In this document: positions 25,780-35,213 of the stretch, piece by piece
Layout: the number at the start of each line of letters is the position of its first letter
Position numbering within the stretch: position 1 is the stretch's first letter
NCBI GenBank assembly: GCA_040766745.1
Contig: JAXGPX010000002.1
Span: forward strand, 317,248-381,247
DNA from: Bacillota bacterium
GTDB taxonomy: Bacteria > Bacillota > Sulfobacillia > Fermentithermobacillales > Fermentithermobacillaceae
Direction of reading: 5' to 3'
Length of the DNA stretch: 64,000 bases
The notes under the pieces: model-generated
What the model was told of the DNA's origin: nothing
The model's database searches: none
What the model saw: only the letters and a program-made list of their open reading frames with translations
Program-made: the position numbers and the translations under genes

Positions 25780-27651
25780 TTAGGCGCAGAAAGAAGACTC
25801 TCTCCATTGTGGGCAAATATGGTCAAGGGCATCTTCCAGGGTTTTTACGTAGGCCACTTCTATTCCCCTGATTTCCTTTATCCCCTGGGCATTCTCAAAA
25901 GGGATCAGAATCTTCTTCATGCCCGCTTGTTTTGCACCATATATTTTCTCGTATACTCCTCCAATAGCTTTAACCTGGCCGGTTAAGGATACCTCACCGG
26001 TGACTGCAACATCCTGCCTCATAGGAAGCCCGGTAATGGCGGAAAACACAGCCAGAGTAATGGCCAGTCCTGCCGACGGCCCGTCTATTCTGGCGCCTCC
26101 GATTATGTTTACGTGTACATCCCAGTTGTAAAGGTCGATACTGAAGGCCTTTCTCAAAGCAGATCCTGCGTTGAACAGCGAGTCTTTCACCATTGAACCG
26201 GCAGTATCGTTCATACGCATGGTTCCTTTGCCAGATTCCCTGGCCGGAAAACAGACTGTCTCAATCTCGATCACAGATCCAAGGTAGCCCAAGACCCCAA
26301 GGCCAAATGTCTTGCCCGTCTCTTCGGCGTCTCTAGCCCTTACAATGACGCTAGGCTGGATTCTGCCTGTTTCTATGGCAACTCTTACATCTTCAGCCGA
26401 TATGGGCAAGTACCCGCGCTCTGGAAAACCTCCTGCATTGTGAAGGGCAACTGCGTACGCATCAGCCAGAAGCCCTACTGCCTTTCTGCCTTCGATAGTA
26501 TGGTCGGCTATAATATGGCACGCTTCGGGTGTTATTTTTGCCCTAAGCCTTCTTACGGCCCCTTTTACAATCTTTACAATTTGCTCGGGAGTAAGGGCAT
26601 CGAAAAACACTTCTGCACACCTGGAGCGAAGTGCAGGACTAATCTCGTCAGGGTCTCTTGTGGTAGCCCCAACCAGAACAAAATCAGCCGGCGCCCCCTG
26701 GCTGAACAGGCGCTTAACGTACTCAGGTACCCTTGGGTCGTCAGGATCGTAGTAAGACGAGTCGAAATAGACCCTCTTGTCTTCAAGTACCTTTAGCAGC
26801 TTGTTTTGAAGAAGAGGATCCATTTCTCCGATTTCATCTATAAACAGAATTCCTCCGGTGGCCGAAGTAACCAGCCCCAGTTTGGGCTCAGGAACTCCAC
26901 CGTCTGCAAGGTCACGCCTTGCACCCTGATAAATCGGATCGTGTACCGAGCCCAGGAGAGGATTTGTAATCTCCCTGGGATCCCATCGCAAAGTTGCGCC
27001 ATCTGTTTCGATAAACGGAGCTTCCTTGGCGAACGGAGAAAACGGCAATCCTTTTGACTCTTCGAGCACAAGCCTGGCTGCTGAGGTCTTTCCAACACCT
27101 GGAGGCCCGTACAATATGACGTGCTGCGGGTACGGGCTTGCAATCTTAGCCAGAAGAGCCTGTATGGCTCTTTCTTGCCCTACAATATCTTTTAACCCTC
27201 TGGGTTTTAGAACCGACAGAGCTGAACGGGAAAGGGATCGCTTTTCCAGCTGCAATATAGACTCAAGTCGTTTCTGGGTTTCCTGTGTTTCAGGGCCGCT
27301 GTTTTCAAGAAGTATTTCTTTCTTGATATCTTGTAAGTACTCGTCATGTTTTTCCTGCATTTTCCGGGAAACCCTGTCTTCGATTTCCTGCTCTATGGAC
27401 TGCCGGGCTATCCTTTCTGCAATCTCTTCCTGACAATGATCCAAAATTGCCGGAATATCGTGAATCGCAGGCGACGAATGGATAGTAGGGTCCTCGTAAA
27501 CCACCTTCTGCAGCGCCACTATCTGCTGAAGAAGATCCTGGGACTTCATTCCTTTGAGAGCCCCTAACTTGCCGGCCTTCAGAACCAATTTCTCCGGCCC
27601 GTAAATAGCTGCAAGAAACCCAAACATGGCGCCAATTCGCCTTTTGAGCAT
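25780..27651 (-). CDS. Lon-family ATP-dependent protease (LonB/LonC-like)
   Basis: AAA+ Walker A GPPGVGKTS and the Lon S16 catalytic region DGPSAGLAITLAV. The listed start 27729 overlaps rplI by 32 nt, so the in-frame ATG at 27651 is preferred. Confidence 0.75.
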   Translation of the reverse strand: MLKRRIGAMFGFLAAIYGPEKLVLKAGKLGALKGMKSQDLLQQIVALQKVVYEDPTIHSSPAIHDIPAILDHCQEEIAERIARQSIEQEIEDRVSRKMQEKHDEYLQDIKKEILLENSGPETQETQKRLESILQLEKRSLSRSALSVLKPRGLKDIVGQERAIQALLAKIASPYPQHVILYGPPGVGKTSAARLVLEESKGLPFSPFAKEAPFIETDGATLRWDPREITNPLLGSVHDPIYQGARRDLADGGVPEPKLGLVTSATGGILFIDEIGEMDPLLQNKLLKVLEDKRVYFDSSYYDPDDPRVPEYVKRLFSQGAPADFVLVGATTRDPDEISPALRSRCAEVFFDALTPEQIVKIVKGAVRRLRAKITPEACHIIADHTIEGRKAVGLLADAYAVALHNAGGFPERGYLPISAEDVRVAIETGRIQPSVIVRARDAEETGKTFGLGVLGYLGSVIEIETVCFPARESGKGTMRMNDTAGSMVKDSLFNAGSALRKAFSIDLYNWDVHVNIIGGARIDGPSAGLAITLAVFSAITGLPMRQDVAVTGEVSLTGQVKAIGGVYEKIYGAKQAGMKKILIPFENAQGIKEIRGIEVAYVKTLEDALDHICPQWRESSFCA

Positions 27652-27697
27652 TTCCTCGCCTTCGGCTCCCTGGAACTCAGCGGTTTTCCGAGTCACC

Positions 27698-28150
27698 CTA
27701 TTGGCCCCCTTCCGGTTGTATTTCCACAATAACTTCTGCTTTCACTTTAGGGTGAAGCTGGACCTGAACCCTGTGAGAACCAAGTTCCTTCAAGTTTTCA
27801 GACAGCAAGACCTTTCTCTTGTCTACCGGTACTCTGAAAGAAGACTTGATTTTCGAGGCAATATCGCTTGAAGTCACTGAGCCGAAAATACGGCTACCGC
27901 CTGATTTCGCACGGAAAACCAGGGTTTTGCCTTCTATTTTTGCAGCGTAGTTTTTTGCTTCGGCCAAAAGCCTATCTTCTTTCTGCTCCTGGGCCTGATC
28001 GAGATTCTTTTGCTCTCTCAAAGTACTTTGTGTTGCCGGCACAGCCAGCCCTCTCGGAATAAGGAAATTACGTGCATACCCGTCTTTTACCTTTACTATA
28101 TCTCCTGCTTTCCCCAAGCCGGCAACATCTTGCTTTAGGACAACATTCAT
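27698..28150 (-). CDS. rplI: 50S ribosomal protein L9
   Basis: N-terminus MNVVLKQDVAGLGKAGDIVKVKDGYARNFLIPRGLAV is classic L9. Confidence 0.9.
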   Translation of the reverse strand: MNVVLKQDVAGLGKAGDIVKVKDGYARNFLIPRGLAVPATQSTLREQKNLDQAQEQKEDRLLAEAKNYAAKIEGKTLVFRAKSGGSRIFGSVTSSDIASKIKSSFRVPVDKRKVLLSENLKELGSHRVQVQLHPKVKAEVIVEIQPEGGQ

Positions 28151-28262
28151 TTCCCTTCCTCCCTTCCCAAACTGACTGGATTATATAAAAATCCAATATG
28201 TAATCTTTTTGTTTTTGACTCTTCCCCAACGGATGCTTTGGCACTCTTCCAAGGTAGAATCC

Positions 28263-29222
28263 CTAGATCTCATTAACCCAACCATATCTCAAGTGGCGGA
28301 AATCAAAAAGTATATCTACTATACCAAAAAGCGTAGCCAGGGTGTTAAGGCCAGGGGTTAGAAACAAGTAAAAAATCGCAAACCCTATGAAAATCTTTGG
28401 CACCCTTGCCCGCAGCAGAAAGTAAGATATGGCCGATGCTGCCTGAGCAAACAGAATGAGGGAAAGTACAATCAATGCATTTTCGCCTACCTGGGTGAGG
28501 ACCGCCAACTTGTGGTACGGTTCAAGGACTATGAGCAGATAACTTGCTATTGCGCCGTGGGCAACATACTCAGGGAAGATCCACCGGGAAAACGGCTCGA
28601 GCGGTTCAAGTTGATAACCCAGTTTGCCCAAAACACGCCTTGCTACCTCGAAGTTCATGTACGACTGGAACAAAGCAGATAGCAGGATTGCCCCGGGCAT
28701 AATCCGGAGAAGCTGCTCTTTGACCTGGTCTAGGTTTCGGAATTGCTCCAAAATGGGGTTTTGGCCAAAGAGTTTTTCGTTCACTTTGGTAGCCGACTCC
28801 ATAGCCTTAATGTAGTCGTCAAGCAATTTAGCCGGAGTAAAGCCTGCCACCAAATAAAGGGATAGGAAAGACATCAGCAGGCCTATAAGGAATGCCACAC
28901 TTGTAATCAGAATGACAACAACCGGCGAATAGTCCTTACTGACCGCATAACCAAAGGTTACTCCTGTAAGCGCAAAAAGGACCCACAAGCTCAAAGCTGT
29001 GAGCCAATCCATGAAAAGGAGCAACGACAGCCCTGTGACTATTGAAGAGAGAAAACCCCACCGCGTGCCGTGGCGAAGAACCGCCAGAGCTGACGGAAGA
29101 GGCCATAGGAAAACGGCAATAGGGCCAAGCAGGGGTACATAATACCCGAAAAGCACCAATACAGACCCCAAAGCCGCAAGAAGTGCACTCTCAACCAGGG
29201 ACCTAGTCATTCGTCCGGCCAC
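28263..29222 (-). CDS. yybS: YybS-like DUF2232 polytopic membrane protein
   Basis: 319 aa, multi-TM. Conserved position upstream of rplI. No gdpP follows it here. Confidence 0.6.
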   Translation of the reverse strand: MAGRMTRSLVESALLAALGSVLVLFGYYVPLLGPIAVFLWPLPSALAVLRHGTRWGFLSSIVTGLSLLLFMDWLTALSLWVLFALTGVTFGYAVSKDYSPVVVILITSVAFLIGLLMSFLSLYLVAGFTPAKLLDDYIKAMESATKVNEKLFGQNPILEQFRNLDQVKEQLLRIMPGAILLSALFQSYMNFEVARRVLGKLGYQLEPLEPFSRWIFPEYVAHGAIASYLLIVLEPYHKLAVLTQVGENALIVLSLILFAQAASAISYFLLRARVPKIFIGFAIFYLFLTPGLNTLATLFGIVDILFDFRHLRYGWVNEI

Positions 29223-29292
29223 CTGACGCCCCCCATTGTCAATTTCACATGCCGGAGCAGGACAGATTGCTCTGCCGCCCCGGCCTCTGTTC

Positions 29293-29523
29293 CTACTCGA
29301 TAGTGTATGGCATCAATGCCATTACTCTGGCCTTCTTAATCGCTCTTGTAAGAAGGCGCTGGTGTCTTGCACAATTGCCTGTTATTCTTCTGGGCAGTAT
29401 CTTTCCGCGCTCTGTGATATACCTGCGCATCCTGCCTGTATCTTTGTAATCGATATATGAGACACCGTCTACGCAGAAATTGCAAACACGTTTCTTTGAT
29501 CTGCGCCCATGCTCTCTCCGCAA
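29293..29523 (-). CDS. rpsR: 30S ribosomal protein S18
   Basis: ...[34 protein letters not shown] is the S18 signature. Confidence 0.9.
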   Translation of the reverse strand: MRREHGRRSKKRVCNFCVDGVSYIDYKDTGRMRRYITERGKILPRRITGNCARHQRLLTRAIKKARVMALMPYTIE

Positions 29524-29563
29524 AAAGAAGCCCTCCTTTAACGATAGTCAACCACAACCGTGA

Positions 29564-29962
29564 TCACTCAGTAAAAGTGTTTTGCTCCCCTGACTGAGTG
29601 TATTCTTCGTCTGCCCCATCATTGGAAGATTCGCCCTGGTTCCTGGGCCTACCGCCAAGGAACTCAATTGAATCTGCAACAACCTCCCACGACTTCCGCT
29701 TCTGGCCGTCTTTGGTTTCCCAACTCCGGCTCTGAAGCCTGCCTTCCACAGCTACCAGACGCCCCTTGTCCATATATTTGCATGTGACCTCAGCCAGCCG
29801 TCCGAACAAAACCACATCAATAAAGTCTGTGTCTCGTTGGCCGCCCTGAGTGGGCTTCCGGTCGACTGCAACTGTAATGGTGGTAACAGAAACCCCGCTA
29901 GGAGTAATCCTTAGCTCGGGTTGTCTGGTCAATCTTCCTATCAGTACTATCCGGTTGAGCAA
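29564..29962 (-). CDS. ssb: single-stranded DNA-binding protein
   Basis: OB-fold N-terminus MLNRIVLIGRLTRQPELR and an acidic C-terminal tail with a terminal F. Confidence 0.9.
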   Translation of the reverse strand: MLNRIVLIGRLTRQPELRITPSGVSVTTITVAVDRKPTQGGQRDTDFIDVVLFGRLAEVTCKYMDKGRLVAVEGRLQSRSWETKDGQKRKSWEVVADSIEFLGGRPRNQGESSNDGADEEYTQSGEQNTFTE

Positions 29963-29997
29963 TTTCTCCCCTCCAAAACAACTTTTTCTTTGCCTTG

Positions 29998-30429
29998 CTA
30001 CTCTTTGACTTGGGCTTCTTCTTCGGAAACCTTGGTGTCTACAACGGCAACTTCAGGCCTTGCCTGGCCCCTTGGGCCCTTCTCGAATCTGGGCTCTTCG
30101 GTTCTTGCCCTTTCTTTCCTGGGCTCAGCGACTCTATTAGGAATATCATCAATACGGGAAATCATATGCCTCAGTACTTCCTGATCGATCTTCATCAGAC
30201 GATCTAATTCTGCGGCAATGTCGGGAGTCCCCTCGAAGGTCATGATGATGTAGAGTCCCTCTCGAAAACCGGCAATCTCGTATGCGAGCCTGCGTTTGGC
30301 CCACTTTTCTGCTGCAGTGACTACTCCCTGGTCATTTGCGATGACGCCCTTATACCTGGCAATTACAGAGGCGATTTGCTCCTCTTCATAATCAGGACGG
30401 ACAATGAACAATACTTCGTAAATACGCAA
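29998..30429 (-). CDS. rpsF: 30S ribosomal protein S6
   Basis: MRIYEVLFIVRPDYEEEQ... followed by an acidic extension. TTG start, with GGGAGGAGG 10 nt upstream. Confidence 0.9.
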   Translation of the reverse strand: MRIYEVLFIVRPDYEEEQIASVIARYKGVIANDQGVVTAAEKWAKRRLAYEIAGFREGLYIIMTFEGTPDIAAELDRLMKIDQEVLRHMISRIDDIPNRVAEPRKERARTEEPRFEKGPRGQARPEVAVVDTKVSEEEAQVKE

Positions 30430-30560
30430 TTATTCTATACCTCCTCCCATGGACTTTAGTGGCCCCTCTAAGGGGCGGGAGTAACCGGAGGCATGCCTCC
30501 GCGTCGCTCAACCGGCGCAGAACAATTATAGACTGCCCCACAAGGAAACTCAAGGCTACA
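30430..30560 (-). ncRNA. structured 5' leader of the rpsF-ssb-rpsR operon (possible S6:S18 autoregulatory leader)
   Basis: GC-rich palindromes CGGAGGCATGCCTCCG and CCCCTTAGAGGGG lie within 130 nt upstream of rpsF. Assignment is by position and hairpins only. Confidence 0.3.
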
Positions 30561-30565
30561 AAAGG

Positions 30566-30772
30566 CTAGTTGCCATCTTTTGCTATATTGATCCTTTGTT
30601 TGAACCTTGAAGAGAACTTATTCCTGTCGAGCAGGACCACCCTGCCGCAGCCTATGCACTTCAGCCTAACATCTGTACCGGCTAGCAGCACTTGCCAGGA
30701 ATCGTTTCCACAAGCGTGGTTCTTCTTAAGCCTTACAATATCGCCCGGGCGTAGCGGTGGGTCCAAAAGCAT
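30566..30772 (-). CDS. DUF951 family small protein (YyzM-like)
   Basis: 68 aa with a CxxC...CxxC zinc-ribbon-like pattern. Conserved neighbour of rpsF in Firmicutes. Confidence 0.6.
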   Translation of the reverse strand: MLLDPPLRPGDIVRLKKNHACGNDSWQVLLAGTDVRLKCIGCGRVVLLDRNKFSSRFKQRINIAKDGN

Positions 30773-30793
30773 AGTATCAAGCTCCCTCCCCTA

Positions 30794-31510
30794 TCAAAGC
30801 TTTGGCTTAATCCGGGACAAGGCAGCAGGAAGCAGTACTTTGTATACACCAAGGAGAACAGCTACCATCTGAGATGAAGAAACAATATCTCGTACCTGCC
30901 CAAGGGACTCTAAGCCTATCAAAGGGTACAGGCTACCTACCACCAGTGATAACCAAACTACAGACAGCCCCAATTGGAGAAGGCCTCCAAGGAACCTCTG
31001 GGCAAAGGACAGAGAGGTTGCAAAAGACAGAGTCCGTGCAAAGAAGGACCAGGCGATTCTAATTAGTGACAAAAGCACAAAGAACACTACACTTGCCACT
31101 ACAATCTGGGCAAGGAGAAGGGCAAGCATCCTGCCCCATGTAGCGCCAGGCCCTGCCAGTACTTCGATTTCCAGGAAATAATCTTTCAGAAGGGCCGAAA
31201 TAGGCCTTAGCCACGGGGTAGAATCGATCCCCTGGAAAAACTCTGCCACAGAGTTAGGGTCGTAAGGTTTTGCATAACTGGGGAGCAAGATAAAGACATC
31301 TTTCCACCATTCTGATATATGGCTTACCCAACCCGCTGAATGCTCTAGATAGTTGACCACAGGCCCTGTGAAGAAGTAGGCCCCTAGGAAGCCCACTACT
31401 GTCCCTGCCAGCCCCAGGACTGAGGCCCAGAAACCGGTCAGGAACCCTTTGATAAAACCCAGGGCAAGAAAGCATCCGATGATTATGTCTGCGTAGTTCA
31501 CAGTAGTCAC
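30794..31510 (-). CDS. CvpA-like polytopic membrane protein
   Basis: N-terminal pattern IIIGCFLALGFIKGFLTGFWASVLGLAGTVVGF resembles the CvpA family. 238 aa with multiple TM helices. Confidence 0.4.
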   Translation of the reverse strand: MTTVNYADIIIGCFLALGFIKGFLTGFWASVLGLAGTVVGFLGAYFFTGPVVNYLEHSAGWVSHISEWWKDVFILLPSYAKPYDPNSVAEFFQGIDSTPWLRPISALLKDYFLEIEVLAGPGATWGRMLALLLAQIVVASVVFFVLLSLIRIAWSFFARTLSFATSLSFAQRFLGGLLQLGLSVVWLSLVVGSLYPLIGLESLGQVRDIVSSSQMVAVLLGVYKVLLPAALSRIKPKL

Positions 31511-31875
31511 CTCCGGATAATTACGTCAAGAATGGCAAATACCAAGGCCGGCACTGCCGGGCCGCCACCTTTTCCCGTATAGATAGAGATTTGGGCGTCA
31601 AGGTACCAGGCCAGTGCTCCAAGGCCTGCGCACAGCAGCAACCCAAGAAGCATATCTTCCAAATAAGAAGGGAGCAACGCGTCTTTGCCTGCCAAAAGAA
31701 ACTTGCCTGCAATATCTACAGTCAGAAACACAGAAACAAACCAGGCATGCCCTGGAAGTGTCGAAAAAACCTTCTGGGCAATAAACGCAATAGCAATAAG
31801 TATCAACACATGGCTCCTGTTTCTTGAACCCACAGTTAAGTCACCTGGCCGGTCCTGAAATTCCGATATCCACAA
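31507..31875 (-). CDS. hypothetical small membrane protein
   Basis: 122-aa ORF with 3 predicted hydrophobic helices. No recognisable motif. Confidence 0.35.
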   Translation of the reverse strand: MWISEFQDRPGDLTVGSRNRSHVLILIAIAFIAQKVFSTLPGHAWFVSVFLTVDIAGKFLLAGKDALLPSYLEDMLLGLLLCAGLGALAWYLDAQISIYTGKGGGPAVPALVFAILDVIIRR

Positions 31876-33016
31876 GAGTAATGTCGCAATCCTTTTCTAC
31901 TAGAATAACACCTTTGGCATATGCTTTGGGGTATCCGCCTGCAATCGTAGAGAAAAACCTGTAACCGTCGGCCAATTCATAGGCTGTTACCCGGCGTGAT
32001 TCCAGTACAACGAGAGTCTCTTCTGATGTGTAGATCCTAGGGCACAAATCCCGGGACACCCTGGTCCAACTGGCCTTTCCATCTCGTGCAATCACAGAAA
32101 TCGCGCTGCTCCCCAGCACTTTGCTGACGGGTTCTGCCAAGTCTCTTAGGAATGCAATGGCCGTAACATCAGAAGATACGCTGGCAGACACTACATTGCC
32201 TTCAGGGCGGTATACCCACAAAGGGCTTCCATCAGGCGCCATCAGATACACACCACCATCTAGTATTGCGCTTATCTCGCCTGCCGGGTAGAAAGCCAAA
32301 TTGCGCCAGAAGCCTTGCTCCAGTTTCCTCTGCCAGAGTACTGTGCCTGTGTCCCTTGACAGGCAGATTACCCAGGGAATTCCGCCTGCTGATATATCCA
32401 CGGCCCCAACGGCTAGTATATTGGCATTGCATGCTGCAATGTATGGGGCATAAGATACTTTGCTTTCCCATAGGACATTTCCTTGTGCTGAAAACCCCCG
32501 CAGCCACCAGACTTCACCGAACTTCAATCCTGAGCCAGGCCTGAAAGTCACAGCAATGTCGCCGCCTGTAACAGGAATGTGCCTTTCTGCAGGATGGAGG
32601 TTAGTCGATACAGGTATTGCATGTCTTCCATCAGCAGGAAACAGAGTCATACGTGATGGCCGGGACCCTACGATCCAGGGGCCTGCCACTACATATCGTT
32701 CAAATTCCTCATTGAACTTCAAGATACTGCCATCTGAGAAGACCAATGCGTCGGTTTCTTTAGACCTGATTATGAACCCCGATTCATTGGCCAACATAAC
32801 CTTTGCATTGGAGAAATGGGCTACAATTCTACCGGCGGGAGTCCTTACAATGGCCATTCTATATACACCAAATGCTGCTGCCAATGCAAGCAATAACAGC
32901 AGGTACACTCCTGGCCTCCCATGCCCCTGCTTTCTTGGCCTGTGGCCGGGCCCAGGTGCGGCAGGGCCCCTCACCGGCTGCTTACCTTTCCTGACTGTCG
33001 GAACTGTTACACTCAT
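31841..33016 (-). CDS. hypothetical membrane-anchored protein with beta-rich extracytoplasmic domain
   Basis: Start placed at the internal ATG at 33016 (MSVTVPTVRKGK...), a basic Pro-rich linker, one TM helix (VYLLLLLALAAAFGV), then a ~300-aa WxxG/GG-rich domain. No family recognised. Confidence 0.4.
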   Translation of the reverse strand: MSVTVPTVRKGKQPVRGPAAPGPGHRPRKQGHGRPGVYLLLLLALAAAFGVYRMAIVRTPAGRIVAHFSNAKVMLANESGFIIRSKETDALVFSDGSILKFNEEFERYVVAGPWIVGSRPSRMTLFPADGRHAIPVSTNLHPAERHIPVTGGDIAVTFRPGSGLKFGEVWWLRGFSAQGNVLWESKVSYAPYIAACNANILAVGAVDISAGGIPWVICLSRDTGTVLWQRKLEQGFWRNLAFYPAGEISAILDGGVYLMAPDGSPLWVYRPEGNVVSASVSSDVTAIAFLRDLAEPVSKVLGSSAISVIARDGKASWTRVSRDLCPRIYTSEETLVVLESRRVTAYELADGYRFFSTIAGGYPKAYAKGVILVEKDCDITLVDIGISGPAR

Positions 33017-33042
33017 AATGTGGGTACTACTCCTGAATGCAG

Positions 33043-33537
33043 TTAGTGAGCTAGCCTGGCACAGATTAGCACGATTGCCAATGCAGATAGGGTGCCCCAG
33101 AAGAACACCTTGCCCCAAAGCGTAATCCTGGCCACCAAAGTATATTCTTGCAGCGCCCAAAGGGCCTTTTCGGCCTGTCCCAACTGAAGGTAGGCCATGC
33201 AGCTATTATACCTTGGCTCAACAGCCCACAGGTTTCTGGCAGATGCCTTCCTGTACAATTCCAGGGCTTCTATAGGTTTGCTTTCTAGAAGGGCTACGTT
33301 GCCTAAATTGTTCAGCGTCCTTAGGTCTTGGGGCGCTTGGGAGAGCGTCTCATTGAGTATATCTCTGGCCCCTATGAAATCTCCCATTTCCGCTCTGCAA
33401 ATTGCCAAGAGGTTTTTCTGCCTGGCACTGGCCTTAGAACTGGCTGTCATCCTTTGGCCAAGTTCACTGGCGGCCTCTTGTACATTACCCTGGCGCACCA
33501 TTCGTGCAATACCGGCTTCAAAGCACACCTGTACCAC
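33043..33537 (-). CDS. TPR-repeat protein with C-terminal TM helix
   Basis: TPR-like repeats (LGNVALLESKPIEALELYRKA..., MAYLQLGQAEKAL...). Confidence 0.5.
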   Translation of the reverse strand: MVQVCFEAGIARMVRQGNVQEAASELGQRMTASSKASARQKNLLAICRAEMGDFIGARDILNETLSQAPQDLRTLNNLGNVALLESKPIEALELYRKASARNLWAVEPRYNSCMAYLQLGQAEKALWALQEYTLVARITLWGKVFFWGTLSALAIVLICARLAH

Positions 33538-33667
33538 CTCTCACTTACGTGATATTTCTAGAAACTTCCTTCAGATCCTGCTTGGGTTTGCAGAGGCTTT
33601 GCCCTTTGTAGTGTATACACATAGCCGCTAAAGCTAAGGTTAATCCTAGTACAGGAGGTGGATTACG

Positions 33668-33922
33668 TTGACGAAAATAGCGGTGGAACAGGGCCTGAGG
33701 CCCTTTCATCAAGCGCTTGAGACTGCCGGGTTCCTTGTAGTGGAAGTCAGGCAAGCCGGTGAACTTGATCGCCTCGGCGCCCACGCGGTTGTAGTATCAG
33801 GAATGGACGATAATTTTATGGGAATAGAGGACGCCCGTGAGGCACCGGTGATTACTGCCGCCGGCCGGACACCGGAGCAAGTTGTGGATGAGGTTCGGCG
33901 GACTTTGGGCCCAAGAGAATGA
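33668..33922 (+). CDS. UPF0180/YkuS-family small protein
   Basis: MTKIAVEQGL...AVVVSGMDDNFMGI... resembles YkuS. Confidence 0.6.
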   Translation: MTKIAVEQGLRPFHQALETAGFLVVEVRQAGELDRLGAHAVVVSGMDDNFMGIEDAREAPVITAAGRTPEQVVDEVRRTLGPRE

Positions 33923-34535
33923 CATCTTTCAAGATCGGCCCGGGCCCGGAGGGAAACCGGCCATGCTCCAGGTAATGGCTGGCATAGAAAATCCCTGCTG
34001 AAATGGTCTGGGCCATCTTAACAACAAGGTTTAACCTTGTATTTTGAAGTACCATGTGCTCCATGAAACCGCCTACGTTGACGACGCCCGCTATGTGTAA
34101 GTCGCCAACAGGGGGAAGATTCTTGTTAACGCCAAGGCCAGGCTTGAGTGAGCCCTGGCGGACTATGATTGAGCCTACCTCTGCCTTTGTCCCCAGACAT
34201 GCGTCGACCCCAAGCACAATTCCTTCCTCGGTGTCAAGATTGGCCAGGATACCTTCGAGGTTTGCTGCATGCACCGGTTGGTCTAAAGTGCCGAGGACCT
34301 TGCCTCCAAAACCACCCCATGACAGAATGCTCCCCACCAGAGGGCCTAAACTGTCTCCCGTGGCCCGGTCGCTTCCTACGCACAAAACAAGAAACTGCAA
34401 CGGATGCCCCAGTTCGCGAAGAATGGACACCAGTGCCGAACCCACCTTTTCGCTTGCGTGTGGCGTGGCGGCGCAAATTGAGAATGGATTCACTGCCATA
34501 TATACCCCTGTTAGGAGAATATGCGCAGAAAGCAA
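33852..34535 (-). CDS. yyaC: spore protease YyaC-like (germination-protease-like DUF1256)
   Basis: Conserved GSDRATGDSLGPLVG motif. Sits next to the parB-parA cluster, as in B. subtilis. The 3' end overlaps the ykuS-like gene by ~70 nt. Confidence 0.65.
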   Translation of the reverse strand: MLSAHILLTGVYMAVNPFSICAATPHASEKVGSALVSILRELGHPLQFLVLCVGSDRATGDSLGPLVGSILSWGGFGGKVLGTLDQPVHAANLEGILANLDTEEGIVLGVDACLGTKAEVGSIIVRQGSLKPGLGVNKNLPPVGDLHIAGVVNVGGFMEHMVLQNTRLNLVVKMAQTISAGIFYASHYLEHGRFPSGPGPILKDVILLGPKSAEPHPQLAPVSGRRQ

Positions 34536-34556
34536 TCAAATGATACTAGGCCAAGA

Positions 34557-35186
34557 TTATTGCGCCTTGAAGGAGGAAAGAATCTCTTTCACTTCCTGAT
34601 CCGAGGTCTGGCCAAACTCGTGATACCACTGGCCTACAGCATAAAACGAGTCGGGGACAAGAGGGCATACCGTGTGGTCTACGTGGCCTGAAAGGAGATC
34701 CAAAGTATCCTGTGGGGCAACAGGTACAGCCAGGATTAACCGGCTTGGTTTTAACGTACGTACGTAATCGATGGCGGCAAGTGCTGTAAGCCCTGTGGCG
34801 AGGCCGTCATCGACCAAAAAGACATTTCTGCCACTTACCGGTTTTGCAGGCTTTCCCTGTCTAAGGGCTTTAAGCCTAACTGCTATTTCTCTTCGTAGTT
34901 GGGCCGCCTGGCGGTGAATGTATTGCTCAGAAACATATCTGGCCTCTCCAGGCGGAAACGTTACTCGTCCGTCTACGTCTACGGCGCCCACAGCAAACTC
35001 GGGGTTGAACGGGGCTCCTATCTTCTTGGCCATAACTACGTCCAGGTCTCCGCCGGTTTGAAGGGCCACTTCCCGCCCTACCACCACGCCCCCGCGCGGA
35101 ATAGCGAGGATAATCGGTTTTTCAAGATTTAGGCCTATCAGGTGTCGAGAAAGGCTCCTGGCCGCATCCTGCCTGTCTTTGTACAC
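34557..35186 (-). CDS. phosphoribosyltransferase-domain protein (COG1926-like)
   Basis: PRTase fold motif VFLVDDGLATGLT. 209 aa. Confidence 0.6.
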   Translation of the reverse strand: MYKDRQDAARSLSRHLIGLNLEKPIILAIPRGGVVVGREVALQTGGDLDVVMAKKIGAPFNPEFAVGAVDVDGRVTFPPGEARYVSEQYIHRQAAQLRREIAVRLKALRQGKPAKPVSGRNVFLVDDGLATGLTALAAIDYVRTLKPSRLILAVPVAPQDTLDLLSGHVDHTVCPLVPDSFYAVGQWYHEFGQTSDQEVKEILSSFKAQ

Positions 35187-35213
35187 CGTAAGACCCGCCT
35201 CTCTCTACTTGAT

